From assembly GCA_964106915.2 (NCBI GenBank), contig OZ066918.1: a stretch of 64,000 nt of DNA. One strand, 5' to 3'. The DNA comes from Podarcis gaigeae (lineage: Eukaryota). The position numbers and the translations under genes were made by a program. This document shows positions 1-13,243 of the stretch, in pieces; the stretch's first letter is position 1, and each line of letters opens with the position of its first letter. The notes below the pieces were generated by a model, which had not been told where the DNA came from, searched no databases, and saw only the letters and a list, made by a program, of their open reading frames with translations.

Positions 1-399
1 GTTCAAACCAACCATAGCTGATTGCCCTGACCAAGCCATCTCTTGTAAGTAAGAGGACTCTTACCTACAAGACAAAATCTCTTCTGTTCCTTTAATCTTG
101 AATTGTGAAAGTTCATGAATGTAGCTGGTATAAAGGTATTTTTATGGGGCTGTGATCTTGTGTGGCACCCCAAAACTCATGTTTTTAAGCACTGTGCAAG
201 CATGCTCCACAAAAGCATGTATTTGGGGCTCTGTGCTCTGTACAGGTCACATGACTCATGTGGGAACACAGACAGGAAGACGTGTGTCCCAGTTTTGGAA
301 CTCAAGATCTTAGAGAGTATGAAACTCGTACATTTGAAAAAGTTCATCAGGATAAATCATCTACATTTCGGCAATTAAGAGTCCATGACTATAGAGAAG

Positions 400-919
400 G
401 TGTGAGCTTTTATCAGCTGTTTCTAGTACACCAGCTCTGGTTGTATCTGGATCGGAATAAACTCAGCCACTGCTGTCCATGCATTGGTAACCTTGACATT
501 GGATTACTGCAATGGGCTCCATATGCAGCTGCCCTTGTGCCTGGTCTGGAAGCTCCAGCTGGTGCAGAATAAAACAGCGAGACTGCTGATGGGGCAGAAT
601 GCCAACCGCATGTGACACCTCTCCCAAAATATCTGCAATGGTTGCCCATGTTCAAGGTTCTTTTGTTGATATATAAAGCCTGAACAACCTGGCTCCAGAA
701 GAGTGCTGTTGGTGGCCCAGTGTTACAGAAACCTGACTGGCCTCAGCTAGAAGTTGAGCATTTATCATGTTGTTGCCATGTTCTGGAACATTCTTCCAGC
801 AAAGATCCAACAGGCATCCTGCTTTTTACTTTCTGGTGTCTCTTGAAGTTGTGCGTGTGAGAGAGACATAGGCAGGCCTTTGCCGCTGTTTAATTTTTGA
901 TTTGTCAGGCACCTGAGTG

Positions 920-997
<78 letters not shown>

Positions 998-1085
998 TTT
1001 AAATGATGTTTTATGTTTTATAGTGCATCCCACCTTGATATATTTTATGATATGGCAGTATAGAAATACTTTTTTATAAATAAAT
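400..1085 (+). mobile_element. Old L2-clade LINE 3' fragment with internal (CT)n(GT)n
   Basis: Degenerate ORF2 C-terminus (..VHALVTLTLDYCNGL..KLQLVQNKTARLLMG) followed by a typical lizard L2 3' UTR ending in ATAAATAAAT. Confidence 0.75.
922..994. repeat. Compound microsatellite (CT)n(GT)n
   Basis: Direct read. Confidence 0.97.
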
Positions 1086-3473
1086 GAACAAGCACTCGGC
1101 AATGTTATTAGGGACTCTGGGATTTTTAACCAAGAGGAAATTTATAGCCTGAGGCTGGAAGCTGGCTTAGTTTTAGTTACCTTCGAATGTGTGTTTATGC
1201 CCAGGTTTCAGTAGGCAAGAGGAGGATGCAACGCCAACCCTTGTGATCGAAAGGCAGCATGAGGTCTCCACACTGGCCAAGCCTGGTATGAATACAAAAA
1301 GACCAGCTTTCTGCCCTTGCCTGGTCAACAGAGAAATGCCTTCTGTGGTCTTCCCCACCTCTTCCAGCTCATGCTTCCTCTAGCATCTACAAATGACCTA
1401 CATACCCTCCAGCTCTAGTTCAGGGACATCTGCTAGCCTGGTTTGTCCCTAACAAGAATCCATGCTGTGTCAGAGATGTCTATAGGATAGGAGAAGATGA
1501 ACATACTCCTTGGTCACCACTGGCTATCCCCTGAAGAGGGAGGAATTTAGTCCTGCCCCCAAAGTCTACAATAAAGCCCCTGACTTCTCTGCAGACCCCA
1601 GGAGAAAATGCTACCCCATCACCTGGCCTCTTCATTAGACATTATTTTGATGCAAAACAAAGAGAAGAGTTTTCTCCTATGAGGGCAAGCAAATGAGATT
1701 TCCTTCCCTTTAGAAACCCGATGCTGTACCTGAATGTCTTGCAACAAAACCTAAACCACAGAGCAAAAACCTATCACAAGTTAAACATAAAGTTTTTATG
1801 AGTTGAACTCTGAACTTTAAAAAGTCTGAAATCTTTAGCAATTGCTTCTTGCCTGCAGGATAGATGCAGTTAGTCTTCTGCCTTGTGGGCATGCCCTCAG
1901 CTGCAATCCTTATTGATGTTCCTTTGCTACTGCTTTCAAAACTGTTAAAATTCCTTCACTCAAGTGTTCTTAGCACTTATGTTGATAGGGAATACTTCAA
2001 AGGATACATCTTTACTTTATCAAATCTGCTCTAATTTTGCAGATGGAATCAAAGAGCTTTATTTTAAGTCTAGTCAAGTTTGCCAACTGTCCTAAGCCCC
2101 AGAAAATCAATTCTATGTTACTATTGTAATCAAACTCGGTGTAAAAGCCTGTAAAACGGCGAGCCAAAATATTCCGTGGAGTAACTGTTGAGCTCAGCTA
2201 GTTTACGTGAGGGATAGCATTAGGCCCAGTTTGCAGGATCCCCCCCCCCCGCACTCTTTTCCTTAAGGCATCACCTGATATATTCTGCTCTTTGACTACA
2301 TTGATAGGTGACCTACACATCAGTCCCCAAAACATCTTTCTCTTTATTCATAATTCAGAACTGTGTTCTCTCTCGCTTTCTTCAGAAAAAAACAAAACAC
2401 ACCAGTCCTCAGGAGTGAATTACATTCTGGGTGTTCTGATGGAGTTATTATAACGACAGGGAATATAATGAGATCCAATGTGTTTGGCAGGCTTTTATGA
2501 CTGACTTGTATAGGAGAAAACAGCAGTAGTATAGCTTAGGGTCTGGGCATTACCATCCACCAAACACTGAATGAAAAATAATATTTCTCCCCCTTCATGG
2601 GCTCTCTCTCTCTCTCTCTCCCCTCTCCCCCAAAATGTTGTGTCCATGCTGGCAAATTGACCCTCCTACTATTAAATTGCACATATAAAGACTTTTAAGT
2701 AGGTTGCTCTTCCATTGGGATTATTCAGATTGCATCACTATGCAGTCTTTCCTTGCAGAAATAAATTATTAGGACCTCATTATCAAAAGTCATTATTCTT
2801 CACAATTGCAATGTGCTCCTCATGTTGCTCCATTCTAATACCACCACAGAAAAGAGTCCTAGTACTTTGGTTAGGTAGTCTTTGCTTTTCTTTTCTTTCA
2901 TTTTGCTGTTGTCAGCCTGATTTGGAAGAATGTATTAGAAATGAAGCCGAGCAAACAAGAACACTTTGAAAAAGGAAAGATGGCCATATTGGCCTAGAAG
3001 TAGCATTCCAAAGCCACCCCTTGATTAGGCCAACCAAAATGTCATCAGGCTTGAGGGCAAACAAGAAGGGGGGGGGGGGGACTGGACTAGTGACAATGCC
3101 GTGAGTCTGCATCTGGTAAAAGTCTTAAGGTAGAATATGGGAATGTGTTACTGACATTAAAATGAGGCTCTTTTAGGCGCTGTGTCAGGTTGCACCAAGG
3201 TTGCACCAGGGCCTGCTGGGAAGAAGAGATACCTCATCTTTGGAAGTACAATAGCCAGCTGTTACCACGATCTACCTCATCTTTAGGCAAAGCACTAAAG
3301 ATGTGTTTGCCCAAGAATGGAGACAGCGAAATAATCTATGTCCATAGATGCTTACAGCTATCTCTCTAGGGCTGAAGCACAATTCCATGTTTGAAGTTTT
3401 TCTTCACAGTTTGTGGTGGTGGTAGGATGAAAGATGAAAAGAAAAATGATTCTTTTTCTCAATTTGGGAGCAG

Positions 3474-3771
3474 TGTTGAATCCCCACGATGGGGTGAGCT
3501 CCCATTGCTCAGTCCCTGATCCTGCCAACATAGCAGTTCGAAAGCACGTCAAAGTGCAAGTAGATAAATAGGTACCGCTCTGGTGGGAAGGTAAATGATG
3601 TTTCCGTGCACTGCTCTGGTTTCGCCAGAAGCGGCTTAGTCATGCTGGCCACATGACCCAGAAAAACTGTCTGTGGAAGCGGACAAACGCCAGTAAAGCG
3701 AGATGAGCACCACAACCCCAGAGCCGTTCACGACTGGACTTAACTGTCAGGGGTCCTTTACTTTTACCTTT
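3474..3771 (+). mobile_element. Sauria SINE (Squam1), 5'-truncated
   Basis: Diagnostic core gcagttcgaaagcac..gtgcaagtagataaatagg..ggaaggtaaa and a (TTTACC)-type tail; similar to the copy at 17025. Confidence 0.9.
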
Positions 3772-6700
3772 AGGTAGGAGTTATAGGTCCTATCTAAATA
3801 TAGGCATGGGGGTTGGGGGTTTCAACCTCTGCACATACTTAGCAAAGCGCAGCAGACATTTCTTCAGGAAGTGGTCAGGTGTATAGGAGTCTTACTAAAT
3901 GTAGGATGGTGTTTGAGGGACAGAATGAGTGGGAAGAATAAACTGCCAGAAAGTGAAGCTAACTTACAACCCTATAGATATTGTTGATTACAGCTTCCAG
4001 CACTCCTGAGCTTTTGCTTTGCTAGCTAGGGCTCATGAAAGTTATAATCCAACAACATCTGGAGACAACAGACTAGTCATCCCTGGCTAATGATATGAGT
4101 GCTAAGGAAGTCTAAAATTATCCAAAAGGCCTATTTCTCTCTCCCCCCCCAAGTGCTGCTTCTACTGTATTTTCTGGTGCACTACTGCTAACATCACCCA
4201 AACGTTGTACTGCCTATTCCAGCAAATTGGTTATGAACACATCACCCAGGGAATGTATTATCTACATTTATTATTTTCTTTCGTACTTTGCAGGTGTCAT
4301 TCTGTAACCATTAAAAAATTGGCAATATTAAAGGTCTGTTTCACAGAAAGAAGAGCATCACCCAGGCCTGTTGCATAAAATATGGCAGCCATGTGGTGGT
4401 TCTCTCCATGTGCTAAGTCATTAATATGCAGACCTTGCATTGTTTGGGTTGGGGAACATTTGCTAAAGCATGGGAGGCAAATTCTCCGATCTGCATGGTA
4501 TCATAAACAGATCACTGTCACATGGACAAATCTAAAGTAGCTATGGGGTATGCTGTATAATGTGCCCTGGCCCTGAGCTATTCAATTCACTGTGTTGTTT
4601 TACCATCGCATCACTTATCCCGGGCACAGACATTCACAGGAAGTCCCATGTGCTTGAATGTTTAGCTGTGTTTTTTTACACTGCTGAAGGAATACATCCC
4701 AACACACATGCTCCCAAACTTTCACCACATCTTCAGCTGTTAACAGAATAAATCTATCCAAGTTCAAAAAAACAAAAACCAAAAAACATTGAGCCAGGAA
4801 ACATTAGAAACTGTATTTCTCACCAACTTGGTGGCAATGGAGAATTATCCAGATCTGAAGGCAGAGGCTGGAAACAAACAGATTAAATTAAGGTGATTAA
4901 GACAAACTGGATGAAAAAAACACAATTTGAATTAGAGGGAAGAAACTAGTAGTGGCTTTTATGATGAGTCAGCCATTCTCATGGCTGTCAAAGTCAACTG
5001 GCAGTGGTCTGTAAGAATCATGAACAGTCTGTACAGTGTGCATATTAGCCCTAGTTTTGGATAGGATGGCCATGTGTCTTCCTCTAAAGTCCTTTATTTG
5101 AAGGGTTTGTCAGAGGACAATTCTCTGTTCGAAAGCATTCCGTATTTGAAGGAGTGTCCAGTCCAAGTCCAGTTTAAAGTTAAGCAAGGAGAGCAAGATC
5201 CGTGAAGCCACTCCTCCCCAAAGGGCAACTGGACAGCAGAAAGAGCAGGAATATAAAACATCTATTCACAGTCTCCCCCCACTGAAACAGGAGCTATTTT
5301 TAATTTTAATTATAGTCCTTGATTCTAATTTTTCATCTCAGCGTATATTTTATCCCATGCAAATCTGTGTCCTCTTTTGGGTGATCCATTTGCTCTTTTT
5401 CCGACAATGTGCAACGGGCTACCCTCGTTTCAGAAGGTTCCTGATCATATGTGGGGGGGGGGCTGAGCAAGTGCAAATCAGTATGCCCAGAAGCTCTGTA
5501 CAGACATTTGTCAGTATACATGTCCCTTCCCACATGTTCTGTGTGACCCTGTTGTGTTATCCTCACAGGGCTTACCTTGGGAGCCAATGAATGAATACTC
5601 AGATTTTTCATCCCCAAGCTGGAAAATGAGTATGCATTTCACCCTAATCACAGACATAGTATGCGGGAGGGAGGGGGGAGTACATATGTGCTTGTGTAGA
5701 AATATGTTAAACACCTATAGCGGGAATATGTCGATTTGACAGAATATTTGCATCGAATATAAGAATCTCGGCTGGTGTAAATCAAGCTTGTCTACTGCGG
5801 GAAACTTCACGCTGCACTCTGCTTTGACAGCTGGGAATCAGGCCCATTGTGTGTACATATTGGCGAGTGGGTATGTGTGTCAATTAGGCTGACATCTTCC
5901 ATGCTGATGGCTGCCTCTCTGAATGCTGCCACCAAGAGAAAGGTAGCCGTGTTAAGTAAAGTTGCCTGAACCACAGCCTTGTGGGAGACAGGCAGCCAAC
6001 AAAGAAAGAACATTAAAATGACTGACACATAAGAATTGTGCTGCTGGAGAGGCCTTTGTCATGCGCCCGCATGGCCTCATCAGGTTCTCTCCCCCCACCC
6101 CACCGCCCCACACTTCCCTGAATTTGTTTTGTGGCAGCGATACTTGAAGCTACTGTGGTATGGAGAAGGGGAATCGCAAACCTCTTATGATGGCTTTTCC
6201 TTTAATGGCCTTTTCAGATGCCAATAAAACCAATTGATCTGCACCTTAAAAGTGAAAATATATTGAAAAAGAAGTATTCTTTACCATTAAATCAGGTGTT
6301 AAACTTTACAACAAACATCTTTGAGAGGCTGGATGGAATAATCAGCAGCCATTTAGAATGCAGGGTTCTTTTGTGTCTTATTAACCTCTACATTAAGAAC
6401 TTGTAATTTTTGCTTGCATTCCTTCAGGCAACATAGCATACTCCACCCCAATTTATTAAAAAATTGTCAGAACTAGCACCCTTTCAGTCTATCATCAGAG
6501 AAGACACACACACACATGCATTCACACAAACGAACTTCTGAATGATCATTGTTAAAAATAAGTGGCGGGTATGATTAAGAGTTAATGATATCAAATGCCA
6601 AGCATAGAAAGCAGCACATATGATATTAAGAAAACATGGTGTTTAATTTCAGTGAGTGATGTTTTTTTCGCTCTGTGTGGTGAGGGACTGCAGCATTAAT

Positions 6701-6869
6701 GGAAATTCAAATGCTAGCCTCAGTCTCCTACTAAAAAAAGAAAGAGTTATTATTTCATGGGCTATAGAGTAGCCAATTTTTGGAGACAACTCTTTTTGCT
6801 CCTAGAGAAGCACATGCTGGGTTGTTTAGCTAATTTCCTTTAGAAGGAATGGAGGATTCAATCTTTATT

Positions 6870-8500
6870 TTTCTTCCTGGAAGCAAAATCACATCTTTTT
6901 GCAGAGCCACGGTGGCAGATATCATATCCCCTGATCAAAAGTTGGAGAAGTGGAAACAATCGTTACAACCTTGATCAGTGGGAATAATCTGGTAGAGGGA
7001 TTAATCATAACATGGTGCCTATCAGTTGCCCCTAACACTTCCATTCTACCCTGGTCTGGATTACTGCTAAAGGAGCTGAGGGGGGAAAGGTCAACAAATT
7101 GTTGCCTGTTGTAGAAGCATGGAAAAGACTGGAGGCATTTCACTGTTTAGGCTTCAGTTCAAAATATCCACTTTCATGACTTTCGGCTTTGTTACCAACT
7201 TACCGTTAATAAGGTTCAGCCAATGCAGTCTCTTTTGACTCTTTTTCTCTCACTGTCCTCACCTGTCAGTCCTCTCTTCATCAACTATATTTATTACAAT
7301 CAAGCCCTGTCAACTGTCACAGCTTACATACAGACTGCCGGTAAATATGTCTTTCCAGTCATTAGACATTCCTTTCAGTCACCTTGGGATTTCTACCTTG
7401 TCTATCTCACTCCAAAAAAACTTTTGTTCAGAAGTATTAAACTCCCACAGAGCAGTGTCAGCTTGGGGCCATTACTGTAGGAAGTGACAGAAAACACCAA
7501 ACTGTCACTCATTAAGGATCCGGTTTTTCCAGGAGTTGATGCAAGTCAGTCTTAGCCCCCCAAAACGAATCATGATTTATTTAATATATTTGCTTCTACA
7601 AGTGTCAGCTCATCAGCTTAAAATGTTTCTCCTTTAACTCTATTGAGGCCTGTACAGCAAGTTCACTTTGAAACAGATTTTTTTCCTTCTTCTCTTGCTC
7701 TAAGGCTTCATAATTAAAACAGAGTAGAGAACAGTCGAGATTTTGCTCCGTGACTGCACTTAGTGGCCCTTGGTTTTATAATTATATGTACAAAGCATTT
7801 CTGTTAAAATTAGAGCTGGACACACTTGGGAAAAGACCTCCTGGTGAGTGAGTTCCTTTTATGCCAGGCTCCTAAATCCAGGGTAAGATAAATTATCAGT
7901 CCATGGACAGGTTTAAGGTGATAAAAACAATTAGGAAAGCAAGGGAGGAGGAAACCCCATTTCCCTCTAATTATGCGGTGAAGTTTTGCTCTAATGGATC
8001 CCTATTCCCAACCCACCTGAAGCAAAGCGGTAAAGGTGAATTCACTTCTGCACTTGTTCTTGCCTCATGAAGATCGTCTTTCTTACTCTTTTCCTTTGTG
8101 TGTAAGGAACTAGGCAAGTTTTTAAAAAGAGAAAACATTCATCTATTCCAAAACAGTTTTCTTCACAAAAAGCATATGTCAGAAATAATTTGTACTTGGA
8201 ATAAAATTTTAAAAGATGGTGGTAAATTTTTCTCCCTAGGAAAAAAATTAAGTAATTTTTCAGAATTATGTTTAATGTATATAACTCCCCCCCATCCTCA
8301 AAAGGATGAGGGGTGGGGGAGAGAGAAGAGGATGTAGACTGCAGCGGGGCATTCTGGAAGCTAGAAACAACAGAACTGTGAATAATTATCTGGAGGAGAA
8401 GCAAAAGTGAAAGAGCAGGAGGCAGCATTTGAAAGCAACAAGGAAAGCAATAAAATGCTGAGTGAATGGGGAGTGCAAGGGGGCAAGGGGAAAACAGAAA
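6870..8500 (-). mobile_element. Highly decayed DIRS-like retrotransposon RT/RNase H relic (boundaries approximate)
   Basis: Collinear degenerate motifs on the minus strand: YHHLLKFYSKYKLFLTYAF (cf. YFHIxIxxxHxKFLRFAF), HGLIIYLTLDLGAW at 7864-7905 (cf. GIxIxPYLDDWL), and KVDIL/ELK..LQSF at ~7125-7180 (cf. HINxLELxAxxxALxxF). Confidence 0.45.
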
Positions 8501-8937
8501 TCTTAAGGAAACTGGATGTGTAGCTTGTATGATCAGGGAATGAAATGTAATCTGTGCTAACTCTCTGAGGTTGCAGTCCTGTACACATTGTAAATGGCAG
8601 TAAGCCCTATTGAAAACAGTGGGATTTACTTCTGAACCTATAGGCATAGGATTGTGCAATGAGATTAGCAAGCTAGAATTAGGAATCTAGAAGTTAAAAG
8701 AGTAGTGCAATAGACACAAGATAATATCACCAAGGCAACTATCTGTAAACAAACAATAAATGGTCATGAAATGGCTAAAGTAGTTTCTTTCCAAAATAGG
8801 TTTTATCTTAAATAATCTCAAACACAGTAAATAAAGAGTCCACTTGTAATATATCAGTGGTTCAGTGCTCAGATGTCACTCCAGTAATCAGATGTTTCAT
8901 CCCCAAAGGGCTTAGTCATTGAGCTTTGTAGTAAATA

Positions 8938-9763
8938 CCGTATTTTTCGCCCTATAGTACGCACTTTTTTCCCTCCAAAAATGAAGGGGAAATCTGGGTG
9001 CGTCCTATGGGACGAATGCAGGCTTTTGCTGAAGCTTGGAGAGTGAGAGGGGTTGGTGCGCACCGACCCCTCTCACTCTCCAGGCTTCAGGAAGACATCC
9101 ACAGCCTAGGCAGCCCTGCGGGAGGTCCCGCAGGGATGTCTAGGCTGCGGATAGCAGCCTGCTTCCCAGAGCACCAGGCGCGCTGAAAGCAGAGCGCCCG
9201 GCGCTTCGGGAACACATCCGCAGCCTAGGCAGCCCTGCAGGAGGTCCCGTAGGGCTGTCTAGGCTACGGATAGCAGCCTGCTTCCCGCAGCACTGGGCGC
9301 GCTGAAAGCAGAGCACCCGGCGCTTAGGGAACACATCCGCAGCCTAGGCAACCCTGCGGGAGTTCCCGCAGGACTGTCTAGGCTGTGGATAGCAGCCTGC
9401 CGCCCGGCGCACAGGGCACCCTGAAGCAGAGCACCCCGCGCACCTGACAGACATCCGCAGCATGGGGAGCCCTGCAGGAGTTCCCCGCAGGGCTCCCCAC
9501 GCTGCGGATAGCAGCCTGCCACCCGGCGTGAGGGGCGCCCTGAAGCAGAGCGCCCCTCACACCGGTCAGACATTGGCCAGCCCCACAAGCTCGGGGGACA
9601 GCAGGGAGGTGCAGCGCCACCATCCCGCTGTTCCTCAACCTGGTTCGGTTTCCCTGACCTGGTTTTTGGGGGGAAATAAAGGGAATTTTTTCCCTTTTAT
9701 TTCCCCCCAAAAAAACTAGGTGCGTCCTATGGGACGGAGCGTCCTATGGGACGAAAAATACGG
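8938..9763. mobile_element. Non-autonomous Tc1/mariner-pogo-type DNA transposon with internal 119-bp tandem repeat
   Basis: TIRs CCGTATTTTTCGCCCTATAG / CTATGGGACGAAAAATACGG; TA duplication at 8936-8937 and 9764-9765. Confidence 0.88.
9095..9569. repeat. GC-rich minisatellite, four units of 118-119 bp, each internally palindromic
   Basis: The ACATCC unit start recurs at 9095, 9214, 9333 and 9451, with a partial unit at 9570. Confidence 0.92.
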
Positions 9764-10087
9764 TAATATACAACAGAAGACAGTATATAAACAGCTTAAA
9801 GCAGGGGTGTATCTGTGTCCATCGGGAGGAACATAGAAAGAGGGTGGTGTCCTTCAGTTTGTTAACCCTCCTACTGTTGCCATTTTATGGGCGTTTATTT
9901 CTTCAAGTACTGGTGGTGCCAATGCTACACTCAGTCCCAAGTTCTTCATTGGTAATTTATACTAGATAGACCCTGGTTCAAGATTTAGGGACCCCAACAT
10001 GGTATAATCACCATTTGGTGGACAAGCTGCCCGTCTCCAAGCTTGTCAAGGTACCAGCATTGTTCAGTCAAACTCATGTTAAAGCTC

Positions 10088-10554
10088 TGTGGCGATCACA
10101 CAGGGCCCCCGGACGCTTGACGGTCTATTAACCCTGTGCCACCACTGTGATTGCTTTCTTCGCTGCTACCACCCCTTTTCTCACGGGGACACACAGAGTC
10201 CAGACAGTTGTTAACATAAACAAATAATCAAGTTTATTTTTAAATGCAGGAACTAGCGTATGGTTTCAGTTTATTTTTCTCTTGTCTGTTTCTTAATCTT
10301 AATTCCTAACAACTCCAAACTGATTATTCCAACTATCTATCTGACTCCACCTGACAATTCCTCTCACTCTCTCACAATACAACTCTACCAACCCACACCT
10401 AATCCTCCCTCTTCCTTCTTCAACTCCCAAACCTCAACTGACTTTCAAAACCTCCCACTCTAACTTTTACTCCCCCCTTGCATTCTCACTGGCCAATCAC
10501 ATCACACTCATTTTAACCCTTTCCTTATGACCCACCTAGGAGGCAAACGCCACA
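10088..10554 (-). mobile_element. Solo LTR (467 bp), probably Gypsy/ERV-type
   Basis: Termini TGTGGCG...CGCCACA form a perfect 7-bp inverted repeat with TG..CA ends. 5-bp TSD AGCTC at 10083-10087 and 10555-10559. Minus-strand AATAAA at 10233-10238 and 10270-10275; CCAAT at 10493. Confidence 0.82.
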
Positions 10555-12059
10555 AGCTCATTCTTACAGTCTTTCAAACACATGGGAGCCATAAGCTTTG
10601 GTCTGCTAGGGTGGACTTTGCTTTCTCACAAAAGGTCATATCAGAACTACCTGGTTTTTGCTGCATATGAGCAGAGCTCACCTGTATCAACTATTTGCAC
10701 TTAATTATAACCACAGCTTGTCAGCATCAGCAGTCATATCATATATGTTTTTTGGAACTCACAGACTGCCACGGCTCCAAAGGTTATGAGAAATATTACT
10801 TGATTTCTATAACTTGGTAACTGGAAAAGCCAATGCTCGTTGGGTATAGAGGTTGTCAGTATATTTCCAGAAACAGAATGTTAGAACAGACATGATGGTA
10901 TTTTGTGATGTTGTTTTTTTAAAAAAATAATCAATATGAGACTTATTAAGCAAGCTTCAGGTAGCAATGTGCAGAGTTGCCAGAAAATACTAGTTTTTGT
11001 TGTGTATAGTCATAAGAACTTATGACAGTGAACTAATCAAGAAAAACATGGTATTACAGGTGTTCAGAAAGGAAGCCCAGAGCAACATCAAACCCTTTCC
11101 CAAAGATGTGAGAAAGTCCAACAGTAGAAGTATAAACAAGCTATATCTGCATTCTCTGATCTTTATTCAATGTTCCACTAATGCACTATTAGCAACCTTA
11201 AGCTATTTCTCTAAACTGAACAATATAGCACAGATGTTACACGTCACCTACTTTTAAATCTAATTGAATGCCATGCGTAGGGAAGCTTCAGACCAGGTTA
11301 AGTAAATGTTCCCATGATGACTGTAGTGGCAACATAATTATACAGAACGTACCCAACAAAGAAAATAATCATTGTTATGAATTCAATGAGGAGGGGTGGA
11401 ATCAAGGGAGCCTCAAGGTTAAATGAGAAATGGATGGGATGGGAACTAAAAAGAGAGAGAGAGAGAGAGGTAAACAAGCAAAATCTTTTGGCATAATTTT
11501 GAAAGTAATGGAAAACAGTTTTATTTTGCAGGTGTGCAGAAAGCACTCTTCGGCATTTTGCCATCTCATACTCTGGCTTCCAGTTCCTTTTATCAAGAGG
11601 CCTTTGACTGAAGTCTCAATTGTCTTTGGAAAGAAAGGATAAAATGCTACATGAATAGCTTAAGTGATAGTTTGTAACATCTTGGCTGCAGCAAAAAAAA
11701 AGGCAGGGTAATGGGTTTGTACACTAAATAACACGGGGATTAAAACACATAGTAATCAAGAGCAAGGAAATGAGAAAGGTAAAAGCCTTGATCTTCTATC
11801 AGCCAAGTTGATTTTACAAATGGAATTTGCAAAATTTGTAGAATTGTTTAGATTAATAATTTTACATGTGTTAGCATACACGGGGGGTCAAGCTGGCCAT
11901 AGTGTCCATTTTGTAGGCCTATTGATCCAATCTATTTTCAACTTTTAGTCTTCAGGTGAAGGTGATAGAGCACCCATAGGGTGAAAGGTAGGAATGCATG
12001 AGAAAGGATGTGAATCTTTGCCATCTCAACATCCTTTGTGCATCTGCTAGAAATGTCTA

Positions 12060-12060
<1 letters not shown>

Positions 12061-12108
<48 letters not shown>

Positions 12109-12283
12109 TTGTACCGTGACCATTTGACCAAGCTGCCCCTGCCACTCTGGGCAGCTTCTAATTTATATAAGAGCATAATAAAACTTTAAACCCTAAAAAA
12201 CTTCCCTATACAGGGCTGCCTTCAGATGCCTTCTAAAGGTTATATAGTTACTCATCTCCTTGACATCTGATGGGAGGGCCCTG
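12061..12283 (-). mobile_element. L2 LINE 3' end with (AAT)n tail (microsatellite 12061-12108)
   Basis: gccactctgggcagcttc..cagggctgccttcagatg..ttctaaa..ttgacatctgatgggaggg is shared with copies at 16585, 18824 and 26672. Confidence 0.8.
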
Positions 12284-13049
12284 AGAGCAAGTTGAGTGTT
12301 ATCACAAGACCCATTGCCTGTCAGTTAAGCCCCTGAGACCTTGTTATTCATCAAGATATCCTCTGTCTCATAGGGCACACCTGCAGAAAAATCTTAAGGC
12401 TACAGTGAAGTGAAGAATGCCATCTAGAAGAAGGAACAAGATGGAACCAGAGAACCATGCACTAAAATAGTTACTAGCCCTAAATGGCAATGATCCTCAA
12501 GCTGCATGTCAAGGCACAAAGGCTGTGTACCCAGTCCCATTTCCTCTGCATCCAGCACACTCTCACTGCTGCATTGGGAAGCAGTGTACAAATGACATTA
12601 GCCAGAAGCCATATCTATCCTGAATATGAAGGAATGCATTTTCCCCAAAACCAGTTTTGATCTGAATTGAGAAAAAGAATTATCTAGCTGTATTTTAAGC
12701 TGGTAATGTGTACAGGCAAAATCTTTGCTGCCGTTATATCTTAAATGTGCGTTCTCCACAGTAGTGGTAAGCTGTTATCTCCACCTTCATGCTTGTCCTA
12801 TTTAATGTGCATATTAAGCAAAAAATTAGATTTAGAACCATCTAGACCAGCATTCTTTTCTCAGTGGGGATGTGAAGGGGCTACCATGTACTGGCTCCAG
12901 GGCCACAAAAGCTTCAGAAGTGGCCTGAAAAGACTTAGACATGCCCGTCTCCTCAGCTCCAGTTCCCCCATCCAAAATGTAATGGTAACATTGACCTGCC
13001 TTATAGGAACTGACACTACTACTCACATAATATACAAGAAGTGCTTATC

Positions 13050-13222
13050 ATGGAGGGTGAGGGTATCAGCAGCAGCTCACCACAATGGCTATGTTCTGCC
13101 TCAACTGTCGGAAAGTGTACCTCTGAACATCAATTGCTGGGAATCCCAAGTAGGGAAAGAGCCATGTTGCTCAGGTCCTGCTTATGGGCTTCCCACGGGC
13201 ATCTGGTTGCCCACTGAGAACA
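13050..13222 (+). mobile_element. CR1 LINE 3' UTR fragment
   Basis: atggctatgttctgcctc..gctcaggtcctgcttatgggcttcccacgggcatctggttgcccactgagaac is typical of the lizard CR1 3' region. Confidence 0.6.
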
Positions 13223-13243
13223 TGTGGGAAGAGCCCACAATGC

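Noticed and set aside
9095-9569. Palindromic repeat array as CRISPR-like or coding
   Set aside because: Vertebrate context, no unique spacers, located inside a TIR element; the overlapping ORFs are artefacts of GC-rich repeats.
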